Under the pieces are notes generated by a model. That model ran no database searches and had not been told where the DNA came from. It saw only the letters and a program-made list of their open reading frames with translations. From IMG/VR virus record IMGVR_UViG_3300031992_000019: a DNA stretch of 64,000 nt; one strand, written 5' to 3'. Shown here piece by piece: positions 52,546 through 62,114 of this stretch. Source of the DNA: a virus (lineage: Duplodnaviria > Caudoviricetes). The translations under genes were made by a program, and so were the position numbers. Every line of letters starts with the position of its first letter. Position 1 is the stretch's first letter.

Positions 52546-52881
52546 TTAGACGATTGTTCTCGACATCAACTGAAGGATGCCGTCAAATTTGTTGTTATAC
52601 ACAAGAATCGCACCAGTACCGCCGATGAGTTCTGCCACGGTTACGGGCGTGCCGTCGAAAAGGGTAAGCGGACGGATGACACCTCCCATCGAAAGATTGA
52701 CGGGAAGGGTTGCCGTTGTTCCAGTTGGAATTGCATCGTTGATGTGCAAAGTAAAATATCCTACAGGCTGCAACCTGCGCAACCCGAGGGAAATATCCAC
52801 ACTCTCAGTTCCGACGGTTGTTTTAGTGGATTCAATCAGCGGAATACCACCTGCATTCGTTGTAACGTTGAAACAATTCAT
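52546..52881 (-). CDS. Hypothetical beta-rich protein
   Basis: Operon continuity. Confidence 0.72.
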   Translation of the reverse strand: MNCFNVTTNAGGIPLIESTKTTVGTESVDISLGLRRLQPVGYFTLHINDAIPTGTTATLPVNLSMGGVIRPLTLFDGTPVTVAELIGGTGAILVYNNKFDGILQLMSRTIV

Positions 52882-52906
52882 GCTTTTACCTCCTTTCCGC
52901 TAAATG

Positions 52907-53773
52907 TTAGAATACCACGTTACCGCCGAAGCCGTTGAAACCGAAACCACCAAAGGCAGAACCTGCGTAGGGAGTGGTATTGACCGCCTGAACATTTGGC
53001 CATTGCACTGGGATTGTCGAAGGCATCTTGTCGGCAATCTCCGTGATGGTCTTCTGGATTGGAGAAATGACGCTATTGACATAACCGATGATTTGGTTAC
53101 TTTGAGCGGCATTGTCAATCTGCCCACGGAGCTGCGTGATGATTTCAGCCTGGGTGTCAATCTTTGTCTGGAGTTCACGCTCCTTCAAGGCACAGAACTG
53201 GTCGTTCATTGCGATGGTCTGCTGATTGATGGCGTTGAGTACCGCGTTGTGGTTGCGGTCTGCCTGCGACTGAAGGGTGTTGGTCTGCTGGCACATTGCC
53301 AACTGATTATCGCAACAGCACTTCTGGAATGCGCTCATAAGCGATGCGTCACCGCTCTGAATCGAGTTGATAATCTGAGGAACGCTTACGGCCTGCTGGA
53401 GTGCGAGGTTGGAGAGGGCGTTCTGCACATTGGCTACACCCGCGTTGACGAGGTTGAAGTCCTGACCGAGGGTGGTGGCGAGTGCTTGGATAGCGGAACG
53501 CGATGCCTCACCCTGCGATGTTACGGCCTGCATAATGAGTTCACGGCTGCTGTCGTTGTTGATGAGGTTGCCGAGGTAGGCCGAATTGCCTCCACCGAAG
53601 CCACCAAGGCCGTTGTTGCCCCACCCGAACATAGACGCGATGATAGCAAGTCCGAAGAGGTCGGCGATGGAGTTGAAGCCGTTGCCGAACATGCCATTTC
53701 CCCCGATAGGGATAGAGAATGGAATATTGCCATTGCCGCCACCATTCTCTGGAATCTGATAGATTTCTGCCAT
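52907..53773 (-). CDS. Gly/Asn-rich TM plus coiled-coil protein with CCC motif
   Basis: FGWGNNG, KCCCDNQL; pattern typical of gut-phage accessory clusters; function unknown. Confidence 0.8.
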   Translation of the reverse strand: MAEIYQIPENGGGNGNIPFSIPIGGNGMFGNGFNSIADLFGLAIIASMFGWGNNGLGGFGGGNSAYLGNLINNDSSRELIMQAVTSQGEASRSAIQALATTLGQDFNLVNAGVANVQNALSNLALQQAVSVPQIINSIQSGDASLMSAFQKCCCDNQLAMCQQTNTLQSQADRNHNAVLNAINQQTIAMNDQFCALKERELQTKIDTQAEIITQLRGQIDNAAQSNQIIGYVNSVISPIQKTITEIADKMPSTIPVQWPNVQAVNTTPYAGSAFGGFGFNGFGGNVVF

Positions 53774-53887
53774 AAAAAATGAGATTAGGTTAAACAATAT
53801 GTCTTTCGCGATTGACGATGCAAATATATCGAAAGACCTTCTTGTTTCCTAATCCCATTCGGAAAATTAGCCGTCAAAAAAAGGGGG

Positions 53888-54118
53888 TCAACCGACCTCC
53901 CTCTTGAATCTCCTTATTATCCTTTCTACCGATGTGGCACTCAACCCGTTCTTCCTTGCGAGTTCATCGACCGCCACGCGGTATTTTACATTATTATTTC
54001 TCATCTCCTCAAACTCGTCATATAGGCTCACGTATCTCCAGTCATTTATCGTGCCGTCATATTGTGACATCAATTTTAACATTTCGGCACATAGGAGGAC
54101 AATGTTTGCAAACTTCAT
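53888..54118 (-). CDS. Small HTH regulator
   Basis: LARKNGLSATSVERIIRRF. Confidence 0.68.
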   Translation of the reverse strand: MKFANIVLLCAEMLKLMSQYDGTINDWRYVSLYDEFEEMRNNNVKYRVAVDELARKNGLSATSVERIIRRFKREVG

Positions 54119-54128
54119 ATTGCAGCGT

Positions 54129-54413
54129 TTACCCAAAAATAAGATACCTCAACAACTCTGCAACACCAAACACTCCCATCCAAATGATATCGTTCATGTC
54201 TGGCTGCTCGTCCATCTTCTCCCTCAAGTAACCGAAGCCTACCATCAAGCCAAGTCCGAGGACACCACCGAAGAACCCGAAATGCTCGAAAAGACAAATG
54301 ACATACGCGGTAAAGAACCCGTGGGCGAGCTTGTCATGCCCGAGTTTCTCGACAATTTTAGTCGGAAACGTGTTCGTAAGATACGAAACAATACTCTTGA
54401 ATCTCTCCTTCAT
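54129..54413 (-). CDS. Small membrane protein (DKxxH type)
   Basis: HDKLAH plus TM helices. Confidence 0.68.
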   Translation of the reverse strand: MKERFKSIVSYLTNTFPTKIVEKLGHDKLAHGFFTAYVICLFEHFGFFGGVLGLGLMVGFGYLREKMDEQPDMNDIIWMGVFGVAELLRYLIFG

Positions 54414-54510
54414 TTTAATAGATTTTAATGTTTAGGTGCGCAAAGATAATAACAAATTGCCGTTTTTGCAAATTATTTGTGGAATAATTTTATTAAAACG
54501 TGAAAATTTC

Positions 54511-54873
54511 TTAATTCTTGTCCAGCGAGAGGTCTATCACCGCCTTGGCGAAACCCTCCCCCTTCTTTTCTTGCTTTGTCCTTGGGACGATATCAAACAC
54601 GTCGGAGTCAAGCGCGGACATCATTTCCTTCATATAGTTCTCGAAGACATCGACCCTATATCGACCCGTGTATTTCTGGTCTTTCCCCTCGTAGATGAAG
54701 GTTATCTCATTTTCATCTTCCCCGCCGATTGAAAAGTCCTCGATGAAGGTCTTGTTACCCCTCGGGTCAACGAGAATAACAGTTATATCCCTACCAAGGA
54801 GGCTTATGCTCTCCCCCTCGGTAAGGACTGCCATCTTGATTTCAAGTGTCGTGTATATCCTCTTGCTATACAT
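54511..54873 (-). CDS. Baseplate/fibre adaptor-like protein, paralogue of 57635..58228
   Basis: LVDPRGN, YEGK.Q..TG.YR...ENY, VPRTK shared. Confidence 0.75.
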   Translation of the reverse strand: MYSKRIYTTLEIKMAVLTEGESISLLGRDITVILVDPRGNKTFIEDFSIGGEDENEITFIYEGKDQKYTGRYRVDVFENYMKEMMSALDSDVFDIVPRTKQEKKGEGFAKAVIDLSLDKN

Positions 54874-54874
54874 A

Positions 54875-56647
54875 CTAATGATTGTTATACGTGTGAGTGC
54901 CTATGTCCAAGGTAAAGGGTAGTGACTGAATGGCGGTGTCTGCTTTCCCCAAGGATGTCTGCACCGCACTTGCGAGGTCGGTCTTGGGTATTCCTCCGCT
55001 CGGCTTTTGATATGCCGTTGCACCAGCAGATGCTCCACTGCGAATGGTTGCCAAATCGCTAATGGTGTCTTGCTTGCCAGAGATAGCAGTCTTGACGAAT
55101 GCCGTGGTCGCTATTTGCGTGGAGTTCGTGCTTGCGGCTGCGGTTGGCGCGGTTGGAGTTCCTGTTAATGTGGGACTCGCTAAAGGTGCATAAGAGGTAG
55201 AATCAAGAGTGCCATCACCTTTTACAAATTGTGAAGAAGTTGCCCCTCTCGTTATGAACTTGGCGGCGGTAACGTGGTCGCTATCGTTGATGGTCACTCC
55301 GCTATTCTGTACCGCACCAGATGTCCCGTCGAACCTCACGACGGCATTGTCGGTGGATGTCACCTTATCAACCTTTCCGTTCCAACTTGTTATGTCGGCA
55401 CTTGTTATATTAGCCGCAGGACTTGCGCTGAATACGGGGTCGGTCTCTTGTTCGACAAGGTATTGCCTTACCTTCCCGTCCTTGAAATAGTATATCGGAT
55501 GGAACGGATAGAGCTGAATGCAATAGGTGTTGTAGGCATTTCCAAGTAGGATATACACCTTTCCGTCATCCGTGGAGGGAAGCGTCTGTGTGTGCCACAC
55601 GTCTGCAAGGTAGAATAGTCCGTCACTCCCAACCGTTCCGACAAGATACACCTCCCTATGCGTTGTAAGCGTTGTGCCGCAGTTCGTGGAATACCTCAAG
55701 TCCATAGGTATGGACAAATAAGGGCTACTAATATTCGCCGTGTTAGCCGCTCCCGCCGAACTTTATGACCAGTAATAGATGGGACTATCAATCCTAAATC
55801 CTATTGTTTTTTTGGTCTTGTTCGTTCCCACTCCGCTATTCGTAGCGGGGAAGCAATCCCATGAGCCTACGTTATTTTGCATAATCAGCGAATATGCAAA
55901 CAACCCGTTGGCACTCATCGGCCCGACACCTCCGTTGTATATAAGTCTATCGGTTTGGTTGACATCACCAGAATGCGTGTCGCCTTGGGTGGTGGCATTG
56001 AGTGTGGTCTCTCCGCTATAATTGGTGCTCCCAGTTCCTGTTACGTTGGCATACTTCGTCATCGTGTCGAAGAGCGTAAACGTGCCGTTTGAGATTTCAA
56101 GTACCTCTACATCGAATGTCCTCGCGTTGGCTGCTGTTGTCGGATTGTAAGAGGAGTTGAGTCCTATTCCCAACAAATGACCATAACCAGCATTGAATCC
56201 CGTTTCTGTTGCGAGATACCTATAATGATAATAGTATGGTCTATATGAGGTGTTGCCTATGTAGTTCCACACTCCGTAGGCGGTCTGCGTGTTTCTCGTG
56301 AATGCGACCTTGAGGATAGATACGGCGGTTCCCGAGTTTACTCCGCTTATCTTTGCGGTGATTCGGTAGGTAATTATACAAGGAAAGTTCCAGTCCGTTG
56401 GATTGACACTCAAGAAATAGAACACCGCCCCAGGGTTGTTGTTGGCAGTTCCTATTACATTGGTGTAGGTCTTGGATTGGAGTATAGTTAATGCTCCCGC
56501 TTGCGTAGCATACGGGACTGTTATGTTATTTGTCGTGCCGTTCTTGGTGTAGGTGAGGTCATTCCCACTTACACCAATACTTGACACGAAGGCTGATTTT
56601 ATCTTGCTCCATAGATAGGTCAGCCCAGCCTTGTCGAGGATAAACAT
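54875..56647 (-). pseudogene. Tail-fibre gene interrupted by one in-frame TAA (55763-55765)
   Basis: Track ORFs 55763..56647 and 54875..55717 are in the same frame: YYWS*SSAGAANTANISSPYLSIPMDLRY; fibre repeats ASPTLTGTPTAPT. Confidence 0.75.
54954..55048 (-). repeat. 95-bp perfect inverted repeat, copy 2
   Basis: Reverse complement identical to 18434-18528. Confidence 0.9.
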
Positions 56648-56648
56648 A

Positions 56649-57629
56649 TTATACCGCTATTGCGTCAATCTCCGCGTTGGTGATGGATTGGATGTCGAGG
56701 TTCGTCTGTACTACCGAGAAGTCGGATGCTTGATATGCCGCGTCGAAGTCAGCGATGCAGTAAATCATATCGCCCACCTCACACGTCTGCCCTACGTATG
56801 TTCCCGCCGTCTTGACAACCCAATACCAGCCTTTCTTGTAGTCGGAGAGTCCAGTGATGGCGGTAGCCGAGGTTATTGCCCCTTGGAACATTGCCGCTCC
56901 TGTCTGCGCGGTGGCTATCGCGCTCGTCACGAAGGCGGTGGTGGCAATCTGCGTGGTATTAGTGCCAGCCGTAGCCGTAGGAGCAGTGGGAATACCCGTG
57001 AGCGCAGGACTCGCCAAGGGTGCGCGTGTGGTGTCGGTGGGGTGTACGTGGTCGCCCTTCGCCCATTTCGTCTCCGTTCCCACTGCCGCCGTGCCGTTGG
57101 CTTTCGGGGTGGTGGTGGTGGCTACTGGGAGGTCACTCTGCTGCATTGCCGAGTCTGCCTTGTCAAGAGATGTCTGCACCGCAGTTGAAAGGTCTGATAG
57201 CGGAACACCGCCACTTGGTTTCTGGTATGCCGTAGCACCCGCCGAAGCACCGCTCCTTATGGTGGCAAGGTCACTAATGACATCTTGCTTGGAGGAGTCG
57301 CTCGGGTGCTTGTGGTCGCCACGCGCAAAGGCGGTCTCGCTACCTGCCGATGCCACTCCGTCCATGAGAGGTGTAGTAGTGGATGCCGCAGCACCCTCGG
57401 GGACTTGCGAAAGAGTGATGAACCCAACATCATTGGTGAGATGCGAAGTGTTGGTGGGGATATTCATCTCCGCAGCACCGTCCGTGACATTGATGGTGGT
57501 GTGCTTGCCCGCCGTGGTCTTGACACTCGTTATAGTACCAGTATTGGTGGTGTAGCCTTTAGCCTCCACCCAAGCCTTGATTTTACTCCAGAAGTAAAGT
57601 AGGCCATTGGAATCAAGATATTTGCTCAT
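56649..57629 (-). CDS. Tail fibre protein
   Basis: YLDSNGLLYFW start, ARGDHKHP repeats, ASPALTGIPTAPT..QIATTAFV, ends ITNAEIDAI. Confidence 0.82.
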   Translation of the reverse strand: MSKYLDSNGLLYFWSKIKAWVEAKGYTTNTGTITSVKTTAGKHTTINVTDGAAEMNIPTNTSHLTNDVGFITLSQVPEGAAASTTTPLMDGVASAGSETAFARGDHKHPSDSSKQDVISDLATIRSGASAGATAYQKPSGGVPLSDLSTAVQTSLDKADSAMQQSDLPVATTTTPKANGTAAVGTETKWAKGDHVHPTDTTRAPLASPALTGIPTAPTATAGTNTTQIATTAFVTSAIATAQTGAAMFQGAITSATAITGLSDYKKGWYWVVKTAGTYVGQTCEVGDMIYCIADFDAAYQASDFSVVQTNLDIQSITNAEIDAIAV

Positions 57630-57634
57630 TTTTC

Positions 57635-58228
57635 TTAAAAGTTTAGTAATGCGTCTATTTCCATATTTGTCAGTGCGTCACCCGTGGTTATGAAGTCGGA
57701 TGGGTCGGCGGCTTCGCCATCGTCGCCCTTTTCGCCCTTCTCCCCGTTCTTCACATAGAAATCCTTCTCTACGTCATTGTCGAGGATAACGGTGACTACG
57801 TTTGTTCCTCCGCTCACTTCCGAGGTTGTGGTCTGGACAATATCCTTTATTCCTATGCCGTCCTTTCCGCACACCATAAGGTTTCCAGCAGAGATGTCTA
57901 TCGTCTCTATCGCGAGGTCATCAATGTCATCATTCTCCATCTTTGTCCTCGGGACAAGCTCAAAGCAGTCCACGTCGAGGGAGGCCATGTTGTCCTCCAT
58001 GTAGTTCTCATATATCTCCGTGCGATATACTCCCGTGAACTCCTGAACCTTGCCCTCATAGACGTAGGTGATGATGTTGCTCTCCACACGGAAGGATGGC
58101 TCAAACTGATTACCTCGGGGGTCAACCAAGAACACCTTGATGTCCCTTCCCTCAAGGCTTCTGCTCTCACCGCCCGTAAGTACGGATATCCTTAATTGGA
58201 GTGTGGAGTTTATCCTCTTCTTCCTCAT
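57635..58228 (-). CDS. Baseplate/fibre adaptor-like protein
   Basis: Collagen-like GEKGEKGDDG; ends LTNMEIDALL. Confidence 0.75.
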   Translation of the reverse strand: MRKKRINSTLQLRISVLTGGESRSLEGRDIKVFLVDPRGNQFEPSFRVESNIITYVYEGKVQEFTGVYRTEIYENYMEDNMASLDVDCFELVPRTKMENDDIDDLAIETIDISAGNLMVCGKDGIGIKDIVQTTTSEVSGGTNVVTVILDNDVEKDFYVKNGEKGEKGDDGEAADPSDFITTGDALTNMEIDALLNF

Positions 58229-58229
58229 G

Positions 58230-58682
58230 TTAGAAATCGTTGAAGGTGTTTGTGCCGATGTCCGCGTTCATCCCGCTCTTGGCGCGTATCGTATAAGTGG
58301 TCTTTTCGAGTGTTATGTCCCCCTCCGTCTTTCGCGAGAAGTAATATGTCCCGTTGACTGGAATCTTGAATGACGTATTGCCGCTCTTCGAGGTGAATAT
58401 CACCCCTTGGGAATTTAATATGCTATACCCGATGGGAAGGGTTATCAAGTCCCGCTTGTTGAGGGTCACGTTCTCGGTGGCATACGACCCGCTCCTTAAT
58501 GTGGTTGGATAGACAAGTGTTTCGGTGTCGCTTTCCACGAACTCGCCAAGGACATCATCCACCTCCCCAAGTTTCTGGTACAACGGAAGTCTGCGAGTAC
58601 CGTCCGTGACGCTCACAGCCTCCGCTACCGTTATCGGGTAAAATACTTGGTTCTTGTTCGTTATCCTCTTTATCCTTCCCAT
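58230..58682 (-). CDS. Tail-associated protein
   Basis: N-terminal FYPITVAEAV; ends NTFNDF. Confidence 0.7.
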   Translation of the reverse strand: MGRIKRITNKNQVFYPITVAEAVSVTDGTRRLPLYQKLGEVDDVLGEFVESDTETLVYPTTLRSGSYATENVTLNKRDLITLPIGYSILNSQGVIFTSKSGNTSFKIPVNGTYYFSRKTEGDITLEKTTYTIRAKSGMNADIGTNTFNDF

Positions 58683-58867
58683 TAGAAGCAGTCCGTATAT
58701 TCGGTATCGTCAACGTCCTCAAGAAACAATGCCGCGTCCTGCGCAATCTGTATCTGCTCCTTGATGAACTCCTGTATTCTTCGCCCCGACACCCTCATAT
58801 TGTCGGTGGAGGCATCACCTCCCCAGTCTTGGTCGAAGCTGACCAGTTTCTTGTTGTATGTAGCCAT
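58682..58867 (-). CDS. Small tail-associated protein
   Basis: DWGGD..VSGRRIQEFIK. Confidence 0.68.
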   Translation of the reverse strand: MATYNKKLVSFDQDWGGDASTDNMRVSGRRIQEFIKEQIQIAQDAALFLEDVDDTEYTDCF

Positions 58868-59163
58868 CAGTCTATCCAGCCTTTAAGGTTGCTCCACGAG
58901 TTTTCGTTGTGCCACCCGTCATTCATTATCACGGGCATCATTATGTCTATCGGGCAGTATAGACCCATACTTGCATCGGTTATCCTCTCCTCGAAACTTG
59001 CCCTTGTATTTATCACCGCGCTCGTCTTGACCGATGCCCCGATTCTTGCGTACATCTTGGTCTTGAACCCGAAGACACCCCTGACCCTCGCCACTGGTAT
59101 GTCCTGCCCTAATTTGACATCCGTGGATATTATCGGGGTGATTCTAACAGTTAGGCATCCCAT
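58867..59163 (-). CDS. Hypothetical structural-region protein
   Basis: 1-nt overlap/gap coupling with neighbours. Confidence 0.62.
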   Translation of the reverse strand: MGCLTVRITPIISTDVKLGQDIPVARVRGVFGFKTKMYARIGASVKTSAVINTRASFEERITDASMGLYCPIDIMMPVIMNDGWHNENSWSNLKGWID

Positions 59164-59164
59164 A

Positions 59165-59737
59165 TTAAGAAGGAGATATGGCGGTAACTCCCGTGGACAC
59201 GATGAGAACCTCCTTGATGCTCTTTCCAGTCTGCACGTCGGGGTACTCCACGGTCACTACCGCGTTTATATTGCCGTTGGTGAATCCCGTGGTGTCGCAG
59301 ATGGCGATGTAATCGTCACTGAAGTCCGTGATGGCATAGTCAACGTCATCCACCGCTCCCCCAGCAACGATATTCACCACCATATCGCTATTGGCTTGAT
59401 ACCTTATCGTTTCAGTAGTCGCAGCCACCAAGGTAGTGTTACCGCTCACCAAGGACAAGGAGTATATGGACGGGGATATGGTTATCCAAGCACCTTCCGA
59501 GAGGGAGATGCCCGCGCTCTTGTAACCCGCGCCAGAGCAGTCTGCGGAATATGTCGATTCGCTTTCCACCATCGTCATGTCCGACTTCTCCACAAGATAG
59601 GAACGCGAGTTGTATTTTCCGTTGATGTAGAACTCCGCAGAGATGTCCACATCATCGTCCGAGAGGTGTGCATCGCCCAGTCCGTCAATGTGGATGAGCA
59701 TCTTGAACCTCGAGCCTAAACCGATATTGCTTGCCAT
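59165..59737 (-). CDS. Hypothetical structural-region protein
   Basis: Start MASNIG after class A promoter. Confidence 0.7.
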   Translation of the reverse strand: MASNIGLGSRFKMLIHIDGLGDAHLSDDDVDISAEFYINGKYNSRSYLVEKSDMTMVESESTYSADCSGAGYKSAGISLSEGAWITISPSIYSLSLVSGNTTLVAATTETIRYQANSDMVVNIVAGGAVDDVDYAITDFSDDYIAICDTTGFTNGNINAVVTVEYPDVQTGKSIKEVLIVSTGVTAISPS

Positions 59738-59752
59738 AATGATTTTTATTGC

Positions 59753-59822
59753 GCAAAGATACACAAAACAAAACCTCCACAATCAAATTATGAAGGTTTG
59801 TTTGCACTTTATAATTTTGTGC
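59753..59822 (-). promoter_or_regulatory. Class A promoter
   Basis: TATCTTTGC 59761-59753, TTGATTG, box 59804-59822. Confidence 0.78.
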
Positions 59823-59824
59823 GG

Positions 59825-62113
59825 TTAAGTACGATATTCGGGAATCGTAATGGTGAATCTATATAGATAAGCATTCGAGCTATTCACAAGAACGCAGTAG
59901 AGGACTCCGTTGCCAGCATATATGATACCATCATGCTCATAGCCGTTCAATATCCTATTTGTGGGTAGCCATCCGATGATGTTTCCAGACGATGTTCCCG
60001 CCCTATAAAATACCAATCCCGCGTGCTTGTACGGCATGTCCATTGTCGGGCCATAGGAGTTGACGAATATATCATCCTTGCCTGACTGGGTAATAATGGT
60101 GCAGTCTTGTCCCGTTCTTTGATAGAAACTTGGAAGGATTCTAACGGCATTTGTCATCGTTGACAAATCGAAGATGGTGTCCACATAGATTGATGAGTCA
60201 TTGAAGCTCATAGGTATTCTCCAAAGTCCCCTCAACCTCGAATTTGAGTCACTCGACCTTGCCATCATGTAAAGAATATTTCCATTCACTTGGTTGTCAA
60301 GTAAAAGACAATTTGTGAATGTCCAATCGCAGATTCTTTGGATAGTGAAGGATGTTGCCGTTGTTCCCGCCAACCTAAATACAATTAGTTTGTCACTACT
60401 TTCCGACGAGGTGTGAACATTGGTAAGCAGCATCGGGTAATAGTCACTTTCCGAATATTTCTTCGGAAGGAAACATGCACTATTCGCGTGTATGTCGCTT
60501 TGATATGAGGAATTGGTTATCGTAGCCGCCACCTTCAAGGTGTCAAGGTTGATAACCTTTACTTGCCTCATTGTAGCGGAAAACGTGAGCATATACCCGT
60601 TGTAGAGAGCTGCGCTCTGATTCCATGTATTGTTGGTACTCGACGTGCCTACTGCTCCCAAGTCCAATACCTTCTCCCACTTGAAGGCTGGAACACCCCA
60701 TGCCGATGTGCAAGCGTAGTTTATCTCTATACCCTTGATGTCGCTCTCCGACAACACTGTAGCGGTATAATCCGAGGCATAAGATGGGTTTAGTGCAAAA
60801 TGCCCAGTCATCTTCGGGATTATAGTGCCTACCCCATTTGCATCAAGTTCGATGGAAAGAAGTCCGCTATTATCTGCGTTATATGTCCCATAAGAAGAGC
60901 AATACCATGTCCTCACCTTGATGGTCTCGTTGGAGTGGTTTGGCACTTTGATGATTAGAGGCTCATCCTTTACCACTGGGATTATTTCCGTCCTATAATG
61001 CACAGAGTCCGTGACAACAGTCTTATTCTCGCCCCACTTACCCCCGCTATATTTGATATAGGCCAAGTTGCCGTTGACTTTCGGCACTAATACCGAGTCA
61101 CCAGTAATTTGGAACGGGGAAGTGACAATGTTTCCATTAAGCAACAACCCTTGGATTGTTTCTCCATAAACCGTGGGGACTGCGCTTATTTCTATGTCCG
61201 TATTTGTAAAGACCTCCAAATCCACGCCATTTGCCGAGGTATAGGAGCCTGACGTTGTGGTAGAGGCATCGCCTTGGTCGGCAGTGATATTAACATCGTA
61301 CTTTCCTAAGATGGTGAGTTTCTTGTCCTCTATCACTACTTGCTGTGTCGCACTCGCAATAACCACTATATCTCCGCTGACATTACTGATGCTATACGTG
61401 TAGCCGCTTGTAGGAGTTACCACATTCCCGTTATGGGTTACGACAACGGAGTCCATATCATAACCGTTGTCTGGTGACAACGTAAACGAATAGTTCGCGC
61501 CCTCATTGACAACCATTGTAGTATTGTCGGAGGTGCAATTAGTGAGGTCGTATGTCACGAGGAATGTATCAACGGCTTGTGCCTCCGCTATGGCAGATAT
61601 CACTATGTCACCCGATACACTATTGACCCTATATGTGAAACCGCTTCCAGCGGGCATTATAGACATTCCGTTATGGGTAACAGAGATGCTGCTTATGACA
61701 TAATCTGCCCTTGGCATCAAAGTAACCACGAAACTTGAACCCTCCGCGATAGTAGAGACATCGGTGCTTGACATCACGTTGGTCAAGTTGTAAGTTACCG
61801 AGTAGTTCACCTCTTGGTGCTGTACCGCCGTGGCATTGATGATGATGTTTCCTATCACGTTGTCGATAGTATAGGTATATCCGCTTGAAGGACTCACCTC
61901 TTGCCCGTTGTGCATGACTGTAACCGAGTCCATGTCATACCCTTCCGCAGGGGTCAAGGTAACGGAATAGGTAGAGCCTTCCACTACGGATGTCGCGTTG
62001 TTGGAGGCGACAACATGCAAAAGGTTTCTTATGACGCTATATGTGGTCGATACCGAACTATCTATTGCGTTAAAGGAGAAGTCAGCTCCCTTTATTTTCA
62101 CTCTTATGCCCAT
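59825..62113 (-). CDS. Adhesin/receptor-binding protein with three Ig-like repeats and a propeller-like C-terminus
   Basis: Three ~80-aa repeats YSVT.NL..V.EG..Y..TL.P..GY....V.V.HNG..TY.I..V.G.I.I.A.A; N-terminal GADFS.N. Confidence 0.78.
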   Translation of the reverse strand: MGIRVKIKGADFSFNAIDSSVSTTYSVIRNLLHVVASNNATSVVEGSTYSVTLTPAEGYDMDSVTVMHNGQEVSPSSGYTYTIDNVIGNIIINATAVQHQEVNYSVTYNLTNVMSSTDVSTIAEGSSFVVTLMPRADYVISSISVTHNGMSIMPAGSGFTYRVNSVSGDIVISAIAEAQAVDTFLVTYDLTNCTSDNTTMVVNEGANYSFTLSPDNGYDMDSVVVTHNGNVVTPTSGYTYSISNVSGDIVVIASATQQVVIEDKKLTILGKYDVNITADQGDASTTTSGSYTSANGVDLEVFTNTDIEISAVPTVYGETIQGLLLNGNIVTSPFQITGDSVLVPKVNGNLAYIKYSGGKWGENKTVVTDSVHYRTEIIPVVKDEPLIIKVPNHSNETIKVRTWYCSSYGTYNADNSGLLSIELDANGVGTIIPKMTGHFALNPSYASDYTATVLSESDIKGIEINYACTSAWGVPAFKWEKVLDLGAVGTSSTNNTWNQSAALYNGYMLTFSATMRQVKVINLDTLKVAATITNSSYQSDIHANSACFLPKKYSESDYYPMLLTNVHTSSESSDKLIVFRLAGTTATSFTIQRICDWTFTNCLLLDNQVNGNILYMMARSSDSNSRLRGLWRIPMSFNDSSIYVDTIFDLSTMTNAVRILPSFYQRTGQDCTIITQSGKDDIFVNSYGPTMDMPYKHAGLVFYRAGTSSGNIIGWLPTNRILNGYEHDGIIYAGNGVLYCVLVNSSNAYLYRFTITIPEYRT

Positions 62114-62114
62114 A

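Noticed and set aside
3248-55765. Genome-wide TAA reassignment suggested by two in-frame TAA codons
   Set aside because: TAA is the normal stop for many genes here, often directly followed by the next start.
50172-59719. Long plus-strand ORFs (50172..50933, 52904..53782, 56854..57555, 58829..59719)
   Set aside because: Antisense shadows of well-supported minus-strand genes; no motifs or promoters.
54875-62113. Diversity-generating retroelement acting on tail genes
   Set aside because: No reverse transcriptase was seen, and no repeat pair differs only at adenines; the 95-bp repeat is identical.
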